Source: Gnetum montanum
Lineage: Eukaryota; Plantae; Gnetophyta
Direction: 5' to 3'
NCBI GenBank assembly: GCA_015680685.1
Contig: MNCI01001641.1
Span: 70,843 to 134,842 of the forward strand
DNA: 64,000 nt
Position 1 is the first letter of the stretch, and the number at the start of each line of letters is the position of its first letter. Below, in pieces: positions 38,642 to 53,900 of this stretch. The notes beneath the pieces were generated by a model. It did not search any database. It saw nothing but the letters and a program-made list of their open reading frames with translations, and was not told where the DNA came from. Made by a program: the position numbers and the translations under genes.

Positions 38642-40714
38642 TAACTATGCTCTTCATGGACTACACTCTCTACACTGAGAGCTAACTATGCTTTCCATGG
38701 ACTATGCTCTTTATACTAAGAGATTACTATGCTTTCTATGCTAAGAGAATGGAGACATAGGAAAACAATGGAGAGAAGTGCTATTTGGGTTGCTACGTGG
38801 GGTCTTGGGGGGACTGACTATGGGGTCCAATCTACATTGATGGGTTGATGGACAACTACAATGTAGAGAGCACACAAGACAATCATAATGCAGTTTGAAA
38901 AAGTGGTTTGTCCCTCCTTCTAGAGCTAGAAAACTATGGCGACCAAAAGCATCAATGGCTAAAATGCTAAGGGGTTCACTAGCACATAGTTTTAACCCCA
39001 AGTCCATGTGAGGGCCTGCTAGAGGCAAAGATAGGGTACCCTAAATAGTCTTGTCAATCAAATAGGGACTTACTAGATGTAACTGGGGTGCAATGTGGTT
39101 AGCCACAATGCTGATGCAAAATGGTGCTAGTTGTTAAAATAGTATTAATGGTGTTGAGTATAGTCAATAATTTCAGTGAAAACAAGGGTGACAACATGTG
39201 GGAACCACCATCCAACCATAGTTTTAGGTGTGACTATGTGATGAAATAGTGAAAAATGCAAATGAAATGCTAAAAATATAAAGAGAGAGAGAGAAGTAGA
39301 ACACCACCTCAAATGGGTTTGAGCATAGTTAATACCAAAATTGGTTAGAAGGTATAGGAGGTACAATAGGCATAGTGGAGAGCATAGTCACAATTTTAGA
39401 GCTATCTGGACATGAAGACTAGTGCTTGCTAGGGTGTCTGCATCTGCTAGGTTAGCCACCATAATGTACCATGGGCTACAGTGTTCTGCTAGGCTATAGT
39501 GGGGCTGTGGTAGGCCTACAGTCACCTGCAACTTCACCAAATGCTAACCCAAAAAATTTTCCAATCCTTGATTTACCAAAATGCCCAAATTTACCAACCT
39601 GCTTTGATTTTGTGAACCCCTAAAACATTTAGGGTAGGGGTATTTAGTGTGAAATGTAGGATCGCTACCATGTGGTAGAGGGAATAGTTGGAACTATGCT
39701 ATCACCCAACTACGCTTTCCACTAAGGCTGGTGGTGTTGTGCTTTGCTATGCTCTGCGAGACTATGAGATTATAACTACACTATAAACTACATGTATATG
39801 TGCTAAAGAGGATTGTAATGTACCTAAAAAATGCAACTCTGGAGACCATGCTCTCCACTATGTTGTGTGGGTCAATTGTAGTTAAAATTTTGGAGACAAA
39901 AGGGATACAAAAATGATGCATTTTGCTAACTACGCTTGCTAGAGATGAGTTGGAGCTAAGCTAAATGCTAGTACTACATTGTGGAGGCCTTTGGAGGCTA
40001 TTCTAGCTAACTACGCTTGACCATGCTCTAGGCTAGTGGAGAGCATAGTCTCAACACTTAGAAAAAATTTACAAACACTGAGCCTTCATGCTAACTATGT
40101 TTGACTACAGTCTAGGGCAATAAAGAGTGTAGTCTCAACACTTAGAAAAGTTTGCAATAGTTGGCTTGACACTTGGAAAAATTTGCAAAACTAGCCTTTA
40201 TGTTGACTAAACTCTGCATGAGGTTGACTACACTCTAGGGTAGTGGAGAGCATAGTCTTAACACTTAGAAAAATCTGCAAAAACTAGATCTTCATGCTAA
40301 CTATGCTCTCAAGTAGTGGAGAGCATAGTCTCAACACTTAGAAAATTTTGCAGAAAATGGCTTCATGCTGACACTTAGACAAATTTGTAGTTGGGATGCT
40401 ATACTCCAAATTTGGTGGTGTTTCACATAGGTCCCAAGGCATTGTTCAATGATGATGTAACATAAGCTATGATATCATAGATATGATAGCACACTTGATT
40501 TAAAATGGATTTGTTATACCTCCACAATTGACTAGAAACTTGTCCTTTAGTTAAAACAAAATAAGGATAGAATCCTTTACAAAATTGGAAGGTGGATTTG
40601 AACTTTGACATGAATAACTATTTACATGACTCTAAATGTTACATTGATGTTTTACAAAATGAACATAGTTAACATTGACAAGACAAACAAAAAAAAATCG
40701 AACAAAAATAAAGT

Positions 40715-43185
40715 ATCTTGATGTAGCCTTTAGGTTCTAGGTAGTGGAGGCTCCTCCATTGAATTTTCCCTTTATCATTAGTATTCTGAAATTAGTTTCT
40801 TATTAGGAGTTCCTAAAGCTTTTCCCCTTCTATCCTAGGATCATGTACCATCCATGCAAGTTGTACAATGCATGATGAAGTTGGTAATTCCATGGGCATA
40901 ACAATTTTGGAAACATCTTATTGGATTTGATGTACCATGCCACAAATTACCATGATTCTTCTTTGAATGCCCTAGCCATATTTCTTAACTCTTGATCATC
41001 AATCATTTAATGCATCAAGTTTGCTATAACATCCTTCTATCCCTAGTAGCTATCCTTCACAATTTTAAGTTTTGAGTTTACTACATGCAACTTTTTCAAG
41101 ACATCTTTTCAATCAACAAACTCTTTCTCATACATGGTATACATAGCTACTAGCTATTGGTTGTGCTCATTGTGAGGCCACCCCACTATCAACATGGCCA
41201 AGTTAGCATACTATAGGTTAACTAGCCCCAAGTACTCTATGAAGTCTTCAATCTATAGGTATTTATTTTTTATCTTGGCCTAGTGGACATGAGCTAGACT
41301 ACCGAACATGGGATACAAGTCTAATGTTTGGGTAGTGGTAGAATAGATTCTAGAATTTTCCATCTAGATCTCTTTTTCATTTATCTACTTATATATTTTC
41401 ACTTATTCCCTCTTATGCTTTTAGCCTCATTTTTCTATGTGCTTATTTCAATAGCATACTTCTAATAGATGGTGCAAACTTCCTCCATTGATAAGGTTCT
41501 ATTCTCACAAGCTAGTTTGTTTATATTTTGATTTACATGAATGAATTATTTTCATAGCTAATGGATACTTTCTTTAAGAACATTCTTTTTCTTCTCAATT
41601 TGAATTAACCCAGTGTTATTTGTAGCAAGCTTTTTATTCTCCTCCTCAAGGGTAGTGAGATCTTTGGTATGTGCATATGTTTAAGCTTCTTCTAATGAGG
41701 AATTCCACATAACCTTCTCTTTCTCCATCTCCACTTGTATGTTATGGGTAATCAACTACCTCACTTGATTAAATCTAAACTATTCAAGTTGGACTGGGAT
41801 AATAAGTTATGCAACATTCCTCCTCTCTACTCTTAGAGCTACCAATTCAACTTGTAATCTCTAAACTTCATTCTTAGCATGTTCTACCCTTATCTCTATC
41901 ATTACTAGCTTTTCTTTGCTGGCTAGTAAGTTAGACTATATTGCAATGATATCACTTGGAATATCAAAGAGATTCTACATTACCTAGCCTATCTATAGTA
42001 GTTTGTCAAGGACATATTTAGGCTCTACTAGTGTCATTAAAGTACAAGCTATCATTTGAGCATATTTGGCTCTAGAATTATTACGATAGCATGATGGAAA
42101 CATTGAATGATTTCTTAATGTCATTAGTTATTACCCCTACTACTCCTACTGCATCCTAGTGTTTCATGAGCATAATTTTGGTACCTTCACTAGTTTTTAG
42201 CATTGCCTCAAAGGATGCAATGTTCCCTTATATCTATTTTTGCCAATCCTCTTCTCCTCCTACCTACAAAATACCTATCTATTAGTAGGTCCTATGGAAA
42301 TGGTAGGCCTTATGGATCTTTCTCATACTCTATATAAGATGGAACCATCCCTTGCTTCCAAGCTAACAATATCTATGATCTGGCACAAATGGCTCATTAA
42401 AGGATAATAGTCTTATGATAGTGATGGAGCTTGTTGCTCAAGTAAATCTCTAGCAACTATTGACCCATTGGATCCTACTTGTTTCTATTGACTAATAGGT
42501 GGAATTTTATTAGCTAGTGTAGATCCTGAAGCTCTCTCAATGCATGTTGGCTTCTCTACCTAATCTCTCTTAGATGACACTTCCTTTGACATTTCAATGT
42601 AGGATGTGTCTAGGCCTTTCTTGGAACATCATTGGTATAACCCAAGATCCCCTCATGCATGCATAGTTTCTTGATTAGGTAAGGAAATAGAAATGTCAAT
42701 TTCCCTACCTTCTTCTCCTCAAATCATCTCTAGATCTCTAAGAAGAGAAAATGGTTGATGTTAACATTAAATTTTCCCATCAAAATGATACTTCCTTAGG
42801 TTGCATATGTTGAGATCTTGTTGAGCCTCTTCGTTGGGAAAAAACGGTAGGTACCAATCATGAAATAGATCTTTTCTTTAGTAATGAACTCACTATAATC
42901 TTTTCCTTCCTTATCACAGGCTCTCTATAGCAACAATTTTTTAGCATCAATGTCAAACCTTATGGATATCTATGTGACAATGGCTTCAACATTTAGAATG
43001 TTTAAGGCCTTTGCTATTACCTCAATAGAGTATGGCATAAAGACTCCTTTAATTCTCACTATTGCATCATCTTGCTTATTTTTCCAAAACTGATATCCCT
43101 CTCCTAGGTACCATTTGACAAGCTAGATAGGATTGCCCCAAATTAGGCTTCAGCCCTTAGTGCCCTTGTATAACCATACCTATAA
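40715..43185 (-). pseudogene. 5'-truncated accessory ORF of D
   Basis: KIYFMIGTYRFFPTKRLNKISTYAT*GSIILMGKFNVNINHFLFLEI..FLFPYLIKKLC; collinear with the A0 and A1 copies. Confidence 0.72.
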
Positions 43186-44349
43186 GCATCCATAGGCACT
43201 CAATGATTTGAATGTAGAACATACCCATCTTGCAAAATACACATGTTAGTATTACTATAATGGGAAAATAATTCTATATTATACAAAACTATAGAATTAT
43301 GATTGAATACACCAATGAGGTGAAATGAAATTGGAAAGGATTGTAGAAATTGAAACATGAGGTGTCTTACCATCGGCATAATGAATCCTTGTGTATAGTA
43401 TGTGGTTAAAGTAATCATTAGCCTTGATATCCAATATCCAAATCAAGTCCAAATCACTTTTCAATGGCATAGCATTGTATCATACTGAAGACTAACAACC
43501 ACAAGAATACCACTATTTCAAGAAGTATTATTAATTAGCAATGTTGTTCAATGAAGTAGTTTATTAATAGTGTGCTTATTTTGATCTTTATAAGAAATCA
43601 CCTACCTTTAGGAATTGGTAACATGTCTTTCCAGTGGGATGTCTAGAAATTTTATTCTATGCATTTATTTTCTTTTTATTGTGTCAACCTTATCAAAGGA
43701 CTACCTTTAGGCATGAGTAACATGTCTTTCCAGTGACATGATAAGGCAGCACTTATTATACTCTTACTTCTATTTTTCCTTATACATCAAGAAAATAATA
43801 CACTCTTAACAATAGGATAAAACTTATAGTATCAATTTCAAAGAATCTACAAATCCTCTAGATGTCACACCCTTTTCATTCTCACTTGGTTCTTCACTTT
43901 TCTATCTAGGCATAATGATCACAAGTTTATTTTTACTTTTTATAGTGAAAATAATATCATTATAGCCATGGTAAGAGCATATTATTATTGGAAATTAGTG
44001 GATGGATGATGTGGTCTCACTATATATAGAATCAGTCCTTCATGATTTGATAATACAAGGTAATCTTCACCATATTGGGACTACATCACACTTTATTCAT
44101 TACACTTTATTGAAAAATTAATAAAAATATGTACTAGACAATTAATGAAAATCATAAAAAATATGAAAAAAATAGAGAAATAATTTGAAAGATATCAAGG
44201 AATAGCAAATGATTAAGAAATGAAAAAGTACACAAGAATGAAAAGATATCAAAGAATGTGAAAAAGTAATAAGAAAAGTAAAAGGTATAATAAAAAACTA
44301 TAAACCACAAAAATTAGAAATTTTTTTTTTGAAAATTACTTGTTAATTC

Positions 44350-47300
44350 CTAAGTCTAGATAAGGCATCTCCCCCATGACAAAACTCATGAATGAGTGTT
44401 TGGAAAATGGACCCTAGGTCCCCTAGATCATACACTCTCAATTTCTTATTTTCATCCTTAGTAATTTAGATTTTCATTTATTATCCCATGTGACATTGAT
44501 GATAATTGAATTATGATCTTCTAATGACATATATCTCATTGGACTAGATGATATTTCCATTTCAAAATGTCCAATTATACTTTCATGTTTATTCTTAAAT
44601 TCAAATTTTTGAGTCTTTATTTTCACTATTTGGTGGTGTACAATTACAGTTTAAGATATCTTTTTGTGAGTTTCCAGTTTGGATCATTTTCTTGGGATAG
44701 GAGTTAATAATTTTTTCAAATGTCTCCATACATGTCTTGGACAGCATTATGTTCTCAATTTTTGGCCACTAGGTGTCTTTTGGTTTAGGGGCTAATGTTT
44801 CTTCTTATTCACACACTTGTTTCTCATATCTATTATGGGCTAGTGTAAGGATTGTGTAGACATTCTAAAGTTTTGATTCACAATATCATCCTTTGTTATC
44901 ATTAGTAATGCATGAAATCATTTGTGTATGTATGGATCCTTGCTTGTCTTCCTTAGAAATTTCTATGGATAAGTCTCTAATTCTTAACTTAGCATCAATT
45001 TTTCTGAGCTATGCTATCTCCATATGATAGAAAATTCCTTGTCATCATTCTTTACATTGATCACAAAAAACTCTATTAGATAATATCACCCATGAATAGT
45101 GCTTACAACATCTTCTATTTGTTCCAAAGAAATGGTGATAGATTGATCAACTAGCTCTAACCTTATGTTGCACTTCTTGAAGGGCAATAGGTTCCATGCC
45201 ATGTATGTTTTTTGAGATATCAAGTTAACTCTAGAACCTAAGTCTAGTAGAGCCTTGCATGGTGAATTTCCAATGATATGTAAATAAATCAAAGAAATTC
45301 CTGGATAAATTCTTTTCTTAGGAAGTGGTCTTGCATTTATCTAGTTTGACACTATTTTAATTAACATGATAGTTGTAACTTTATGAGTCAGCTTTTGTGG
45401 AAGCATATTGTTTGTAGAAGGGTTTGTTATATAAGGAACATGAGTCAATGAAATCTTAAGTCTACCAACCTTTTTAAGACTTGTCCTAAACAAAGAACAA
45501 TTTTGAGATTATCATTTAGTCTTTTTGGTCTAATCCTCTCTTTGTATATTCACTGCCCTAGTAGCATTTTTCTACTATGGTTATGATGATAGGTCTCCCT
45601 GCATGGCTGACAGTAGTATTGTTGGTAGAGAACTAGAAGGTTGGTTTAATGAACCAGTAGATGGTTGATGCGCATAAAGATTTAGATCCATCCTTCGAGT
45701 GGTGGGCCTATAATACTTGGGTGGATAATAATGATAAAAAGTGTGAACTAAAGCATTTTCTAAAGAGATTAGATGTTGGACATAATATCCATAAGGATCT
45801 AGTTGAAACACCACCAAAATTACATGTTGTAACTTTATTTGCATTGTAACCTTCATCCCATGAAACCCAAGGCTCAAATTTCATTGTCAAATGTGAAGAT
45901 TGTAGCCCAAGGGGTGCAATTTTACATACTTTATACTTTTGGAGTTGAAAAATACCTCATAAGTGGTCAAAGCCTTATCCCCCAAGTTAAAAAAGAAATA
46001 TAATAACTATATCTAGGCTGGGGGGGATTTAAAATGCATTTTGGGATACCAAAATTGGCATTGTGATGGGTTTTATGGGGGGTATAACATGTTTGACGTT
46101 GGAGATACCTACTAGGGGTATAACTCACCTATCCCAAGTGTGGAGGGGTGTGGTAGCATCCATGCCCAGTGTGGAGGAATTTGGCATCACACATACCCAC
46201 TGTGGGGGTTATAACCCTTACCCCCCCAATGTTGATACATCACCCCCCTCCAATGTTGATACTTCATCCCCTGAGTGTTGATCCAAAATGGCCAAGATCT
46301 CAACACTACATCAACTCCAATGAGGACCCTACATGTTAGCATTGCTATTGGAAGGTGCAACATGGGTGGAAATATCTAGTGTAGATGATATTCTTGTTTA
46401 CTATTTTTAGTAAATGGAATGGATTTGATGCCATGGGGATATAAAAATTACCCCATACAATAACCCCCCTTGATTTGCATACCAACCATACTTGCACATG
46501 CTAGAATTTATAGTAATTCATTTAGAATTTGTAATACTAATTAAGCATAAATTGTAGCTAAAATTGTGTCCAAAACCCTATAAAAATTATGCACCAACAC
46601 CATGAAAAGGTTCCACAATTTGGCATTTTTAAATTTTGCAATTTCTATGCATTTTTTCATTCGAGAGGTTTGAACACACACAGAGCTTCCTAAAATTCCC
46701 ACCATAGCCATTATTACCCCCCTTTGAGATTATGAATCCTTCACACATCTCACTACCCTCATGCCACTAGCATTGCAGATCTAGTGCAAAGAGCAACACG
46801 ATTCGATAACATTGAGAGTTGCAGAACATCTGGATTGTGGATCTACCAGTTTCAATAGAATCATAACTCCCACCAAAGTGAATCCCCTGTTATTCCAAGC
46901 ACATATTATAAAATTTTTTTGAATAATTCTTTAGTTTTCTTAAAATAAAGTTTACAGTTCCTTTTGTATGAAAGAAATATTTATTTGGTCCATTTCAGTG
47001 CATTTATTTTCTCAAATGTGCATTACATATTTATTCTTTCTATCCCATTTTTACATTTTCTAGTCCCTAGGTGATCAACTGGACCATACCAAGTAGCTTA
47101 GATCCTATATTTTAGAGGTCCTTGGGATTTAGGGTTAAAGCTGTTTCACTAAAATTTTTAGTCTTCTAGTAATCAATATTTTTAGGCATTAGACCATTTG
47201 CCTATATGGATATTTTTTTCCTCAATGGTAACATTGTCCACGCTTGTGGTTGTTACCACTGCTACTGCTATTACTCCTATGATTAAGAGTAGGCCCCACT

Positions 47301-49250
47301 TGGTTAGTTGGTTGGTTAGAAGAGTTCTTTGAGATTACCCTAAGGATAAGATAATTATCTTGGCATTTTCTTTTTAGAAATATCAAATTTGAGTGCTTAT
47401 TCCCTAGACTCTTGCAAGTGAACCATAATAGGAAAACATCCTTTAGGATGTTCATACTAGCACACCTTGCATTCTTCCTTTCTGGCAAACTAGAGTTTGT
47501 ACATTCTTCAATTGTACCAACTTTTCCTTTCTATTTATAACTTCTTTCATCCATGATCTCTTCTCTTCTTCTTATCTTTGCCTTTATTAAGTTCTTGTTC
47601 AATCCTTTCTTCTACCATCTTAAGAGTTGTAGCAAACTTCTCATCCACCAAGTCCCATATTTTCTCTACCTTTGTTACTATGTCATTAACAAATTTCTAG
47701 ATTGACAAAGTCTTCTTTGAATGATGTCCTCCAAGGTTTTCTCTTCTTTTTTTTTCACACATTTAAACATCTCATTTCCTTATTGATGAATCTCATTTAT
47801 ATTCTTCAATTGATTATCTCTTCTTTAAATCTTCTTCCTATTTTGTCACTTGTTCTATTAACCTTTGGATTAAATGAATGATCATCTTTGATAATATTTC
47901 TTGGGCATAGACCCCAATGGTTTCTCTAATTTTTTTCTTAACCCATCAACAATATTTCTGAGTTGCTCCTTTTCTTATAATATATGGCTATGGAATCTAT
48001 GTAGAAGAGAATAATATCTACCTATTACTGCATCAAGGAATTCATGTATCCCTTGGTACCATCCCTAGATTTACTTTCTTAGGTTAGATACTCTTGACTA
48101 GGTTTGATACTTGTCATTAAAGGGCTCTAGCATGGTACTCCATCTTTGAATTAATTTTAGTTCTAATGATCTATACAAGCTCTCTACCTCCTTGATAAGT
48201 GTTCTAGGAAATAACTTTAATTTCTCCCAATCACTTTCAATGTTTTGGAGGGCATAGGCATCACGAAATGCTTGAAGATGATGTTGTTGCTTTTAATTGT
48301 ATCCACATTCAAATTTGGGAATGTGATTCATGTCTAGTCACTTGATGCAATTCTCCCTTACATGCCTGGTAATAATATATATAGTTTTTCTTATATTTAT
48401 CATATTGCGAATAGCTAGTAGGGCTTCTTCGTAGTTTTTAAGTTTGTAGGCTTTGTTGTAGTGGTGACCCCTTCAATGCTCATAGTGCTTTCTATCCTCA
48501 TGTCTAATTCTATCTTTGCATCATTTATAGTCATCCTCTTTCCTCCTAGGATACTTTCATCTACATTCATCTCTCTCATAATCTCTTCATCCTCCTCTAT
48601 CATGGTCTCTTAATCTACATTCCCTCTTATCAAACTTCACAAATGAATGTGAGGAGGAAGAGAAAGCAGTTGGAGAATGGAGTTGGCTAGTTCTCCTTCT
48701 ATAACTTAATGATTCATCCTATTTTGGTTCTACAAAAGCTCTAGGCCTTGAGCTTTTTCTATGCCTAAATTATTTTGTATTTCTTCCAAGGTTCTCTTCT
48801 AGATTCAACTTTAACTTTGTATTAGCAAGATCATCAATATGTATTACTAGTGTCTAGGAGTGAGATCCATGAGTTTGATCAAACTTTTTAGCTTCAAACG
48901 AGAAATATTTTATTTCTTCTAGGACAACTATCTGGGGTACTTTCTTTTCCATGTCACATTCATGCTACATTTTATGATGGCATTCCTTCTTGCCTAAGCC
49001 TTTGTTGGCTAGTAGGTCCTTTTCATGTCCTTCATGACATGGTAGCCTTCTTGTTCATGAATTAGGTTGGCCTTCATGAGGGTTGCTTGAAACATTAATG
49101 GTATTGAATGTTCTAGTGATAGAACTATGTTGTCTTAAAAGTCTCTCCATCTAAGCTATTCATCCTAGTGGAGAATGAATGTAAAATCAAGATAGCATGA
49201 ATTACTATGAGCATAAGTAATCCATGTCTACATCAATGCACTCCAATCCT
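44350..49250 (-). pseudogene. gag: Decayed gag-protease of D, interrupted by a solo LTR
   Basis: HIPKFECGY..HHLQAFRDA..KLKLFPRTL; knuckle FTCKSLGNKHS; protease ALLDLGSRVNLIS..LELVDQS. No RT follows. Ends approximate. Confidence 0.82.
45845..47193 (+). mobile_element. Solo LTR (Tat-like) in gag of D
   Basis: Starts TGTAACCTTCAT like 52562. U5 motif agtccctaggtgatca..agggttaaagctg..tttttaggc shared with the other Tat-like LTRs. TSD only approximate (gcat/ccat). Confidence 0.72.
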
Positions 49251-50968
49251 CTTCATCATGTTTTCTATCATGACTCCTTTGAAGTGGAAGCCATGTTATA
49301 TTTTTGACACTTAAGTATGTGTGTATAGTTATTATGTTTGATTAAAGATGTGAAAAATGAACTTTATAATTATTGATACAATGAACTCTTTAAGATCAAC
49401 TACTAAGCACACATTGACACATCCCCAAAATGGCTCCAATAATGAGTGGTGGCATATCTCAACACTCTACCACATAACTCACAAGTATTCATGTATGACT
49501 AGATCATAATCCATCGATGGGCGATATAAATATGCCAAGAGTTGATAGTAAGTTTGTATCATTGTCTTCCCAATTTTAGTTAGTGAAGTTCAAGTGTATG
49601 GCTTAACTTTTAGTGAGGCATATGATAAGTTGATGTTGTTAGGCTCAAATTACTCCTCTTGGTAAACATGATTAAAACTAGAATTAAAGTCTAAATCCAA
49701 GTAATACAAAAATCAAAATCTATTCTATCCTAGAGTGATGAGTATCTGGCCTTAGTTTGTCATTCATGCCTTGGGCTTATGTAATTGTTATTGGGATTAC
49801 CAAGTAGAGTCACTACTAAGTAAATCAAGTGAAACCACTACTAGATTTTCAAACAATTACACTTAAATGCTAAAAACTAGTCATGCTCATTTTGCTTTAC
49901 TGAGCATGAAAAGTAAAATACTTGAAAATGTAAACTTCTAAACTAAAGTAAACATGGAAATTAACTAAGAAATTAGCTAAGTAAACATATAAAACTAAGT
50001 GGATGCTACAATGATAAAAAAGTCTCAATCTTTATTGTCATTCATGAACCATGTCCAAGTACAATTCACTCAAATAAAGACCCTATTCAACTATTTAACA
50101 CCACATTGTGGGCATTCACTCTATCACTAACTAAGAAATAAAATTTCAAGAGTTTTGCTAAATGGTGAAAGAAAATTATTATTGCTTGTGTGCCCAAGTG
50201 TCAATATTTATAGAACTGCACAACTCCTAAGATATCATATCAATGATGATGTTATGCTATGGTAGATATGATAGCACACTTGATTAAAAAATGGATTTAT
50301 CACTACCATAAGATGTATTTCTTAGATAGAAGACATCTTCCAAGGTTAAAAGACATCTTTCTAGTATTCCCCATGTAATAATAGGATGTCTTCCTTGGGC
50401 TCCAAGACATTTGTTCATGATAAAAACTTCCCAAAATGATTTCTTTAAACTAGAAAAAAATTAGGGATCTCCATGTTTAATTTGGAAAATATTTCTCTAG
50501 CATGTTAGGTTTGTGTTTTTTAAATATTGGTATTTTTCATGTTGTGAGGGAAAGAGTTGGATGCAAGATTATGTGGTAAATCATGTGTGTATTATTGGCC
50601 ATTATATCTATGTGTATATGGATCTTGATTTTCTATATGTGGAAAGATATTTGATAATGATTGTACCTTACATTAAGGTTTATTGTTTGTGATTGTAGAG
50701 CCTCTTACTCTATAATATCATTCAAAGTATTATTGTGTGTTGATCTGTGAGATTATGGTTACATTGTATTTTGTAATCTTCTTTCAAAGTTAATAAAAAT
50801 AGCTAGTTTTATTATTTTCTAGCAAATTATTTATCTTGCATATGATCTGAATTTAGTGTGTGTTTGAAAGGTTAAAAAAAATTAAGGAACTTACTCCAAG
50901 ATTGATATCAAAGCATAGGTTTATTTTTAATTTGAAAATTTGATTTTGAATTTTTATTCCTATTTTAA

Positions 50969-53900
50969 ATGGATCCTAAGAAGAAAAATATCTAAGACCT
51001 AACCCAAAATATGGAGAGCATGAAACTTTTCTTTTAGTTAATGGTTGAATGATTGAACAAAATCATTGCCAAGATGAATAAAAATGCAAGTCCCAAACAT
51101 ATTTTGATTTATGTTGATGACAAGAATTTTTGTTCAAATAAGGATGAAGAATTTTCTCAACCTAATGGAATAAGAGAAGATGAGAATGAAGAAAATTCCA
51201 ACTATGGAAGTCCAAAAACTCATCAACATACATCATGTTAGAACTCCAAGAGATCCATCACATACATCTTCTTCTCATGACAAGCTAGACAATGAAGATG
51301 AAGCAAGACTTACTAGAGCATTTAGGAATATTACAAAACTTCCATATATGAAATTGAATACTTTGAATAGTGTAGACAGTATCAATTCTTTTGTAACCTA
51401 GTTGAAGATACTTGAAAAAAATTATGAGCTTTAGAAGGTACTAAATCATTTAAGGGTACTAATTTTTGAATCCATATTAGAATATATGACCTTAACTTAC
51501 TGGGAAATAGAGTCTCAAAACTATATGAGGTAACATGAACAACCTATCAAGGATTGATCCTTGGTTAAGTATAGGTTGAAATGAAAACTTGAATAATTTA
51601 TGTAGAAACAAGAAACAATCATAAATCTTAAATTTCTTAGACAAGGAGATAAGAATGTAAAGGAATTTTATGTTGAATGTTGTGATCTATTCCATTAAGT
51701 TAACGTTAATTGGGAGGAATATGAGTAAGATTCAATCTTTCTTAAGGATCTAAGGATGGCTTATCAATAAGAGTTGATATTTTATAAGATTCAAACCCTT
51801 GATAAGTCTTATGATTTGATACTCAAGACAAAAAAAAACTTAATGTATTTGGGAGTAGAAGGAAACAAACTTTAAAGAGAAAAGATAAAGGATCTAATTT
51901 TGAGAAGGGACCCAAGTTAACATCTAAAAACAAATATGGCAGCCATGACAAGAAGAAAGAGAAAGATGATGAAAAGGGCAAGGCCAAGAAGGACCAAGAC
52001 AAAGAAGAAAAGGGTTAAGATATCAACTCCTCCAAGATTCAGTGCTTCAGAGCTTCAAATGTGGAGAGTGGGAACAAAAGCAATAGGAATGTCTACTTTA
52101 CAAGGAAATCAAAAGAAAATATTTAAAAACCTTAGAAATGGAGGAGACATCAAGATAAGATCTTCAAAGAGATAATCCTAATACTCCTAAAATTGAAAAA
52201 GCTTTAGAATTAAATCCATATGCATTTATGAGAAATATGAATTTAAGAGATCGTCTAGTAAGAAAATTGTTGTTTAGGATTGGAACAAGATGCTTACTTA
52301 ATATGGAACTAATTCATATTTTAATTAAAGGGTAGTCACTAAGCTAGGTTTAATGACATATCCTCATTCTAGACCCTACAAGGTACATTGGTGATCTAAA
52401 TATTTTTCTCAAGAGGTGAAACAACAATATGTCTTGAAGTTCAAGCTTGGGAGTTCTCATGATGTTATGAAATGTGATGTACTACCAATTGCTTATACTA
52501 ATTTCATGCTTACAAAGCCTAATGTTTCTTGAATAACCACCAAAAATTCACGTTGCCAATTTGTAACCTTCATTTCCCAACTTAAGGTAAGGTTTTATTG
52601 TAAATGTAAGATTCATAGTCCATGAGTTGCAATCCTACATACTTTGGCTTTTGCAGCTGAAAAATGCCTTAAAAGTTGTTATCTCCTCACTTTGCAAGTG
52701 GAAAACGTTACCTCAATTCTATATTTTGGCTTGGGAAGGCTGAAAATACCTTGGGAATGACCAAATTTGCCATTTTCATGGGTTTTTATAAGACTATAGC
52801 CTTAACTACACTTGAATCATCTATCCCCAATGTAGATAATGTTGGGTTTTCATTCCCATTTCCAACCTAGAGTACTCACCAAAAAATCCAGTGTAGATGT
52901 AGTATTGGAATCATTTTCATTTTTCATTTTTCATTTTCCATTTTCCATTTTCCCAATAGTGATTGTGCATAATTAGCCCAAGTCTTCAGCAATTGTAGCA
53001 TGGCCAACATAGATAGCATTTTACAGTTTCCATCATTTTCCACTATTTCCACTAGTTTCAAATAACTTCAGTGCAGTCCACCAAGGTTAGCATAGTTGGG
53101 ATGGTGTTAGTATAGTCACAAAAGTTTGTTTACTATTTATAGTATCTGGATGAGCTTTGGTGGCTATAGTGTATTCCAAACTTACTATAAATGGCAACTA
53201 CACTAAAAATTGTAACCATTACCACCTACAAATAGATATCATCTATCAATAATCATGATAGTAATGCATAGGTCCAAAATAAACAAATTTGTAGCCTATA
53301 AAAACCAAACAAAAACACCTTATTATGGGTTCCAACTTCTTTTGAGTAGTAGCACTTAAAAGAATTTTTCAACCAAGAACCTTTGTCATCCTTAAGCATC
53401 TTTAAGAGCAATTGGTACCTACACTAAGCATCAAGACTCCCAATGTGATACCACTGCATCATAGGTGGAATAAAAATCCATGACCACAATTGCTAATTGT
53501 AGTGAGAACTAGCAAGGATTTGTTGAAAACTAGAGTTTGGAAGAATCTTTATCATTGAGCTTGATGTGGAATACAGCCTGCCAACTCCAACGAACTTCAA
53601 GCTCCTTCCAAGTGACTTCCTATGTACCTAGTACATAAATTTGTACTTCATGAAATTTTTACTTTATTTCCCATTTTAATAAAGTTATAGTTCATTATTG
53701 TGCATATTTAAGTTCATGGTTTTATTTTTGTGTCTATTTTCATTCTGGATTTGCAATTCCATTTTTGTTTATGTTTTCATTTTGGTTTTCATTTACATTT
53801 ACATTTCCATTTCCATTTTCTTTACGTTTCTCATTACATTCTATAAGTCCCTAGGTGATCGAATCGATCATCCAAGGTGCCTTGAATCCCATTTCTTGGA

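Larger units (their letters stand above)
30439..40425 (-). mobile_element. Non-autonomous Tat/Ogre-like element C (gag-PR only) inserted in the LTR of D
   Basis: LTRs 30439-32099 and 38935-40425. Exact TSD CATAG at 30434-30438 and 40426-40430. PPT AAAGAGGGGCCAA at 32100-32112. PBS TAGCTCTAGAAGGAGGG resembles the tRNA-Asn PBS TGGCGCTAGAAGGAGGG. Confidence 0.92.
29650..50302 (-). mobile_element. Non-autonomous Athila-like element D (gag-PR plus truncated accessory ORF)
   Basis: LTRs 29650-40516 (interrupted by C) and 49440-50302. PBS TGGAGCCATTTTGGGGA at 49422-49438. Degenerate TSD ctatt/ctacc. Confidence 0.85.

Noticed and set aside
38911-38930. tRNA gene fragments (also 28335, 50903, 55664)
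   Set aside because: Only 12-18 nt complementary to tRNA 3' ends and adjacent to LTRs. These are primer-binding sites.
53690-53845. Hydrophobic membrane-protein ORF 53698-53916
   Set aside because: Translation of a low-complexity (tttcat)n tract in an LTR U5.
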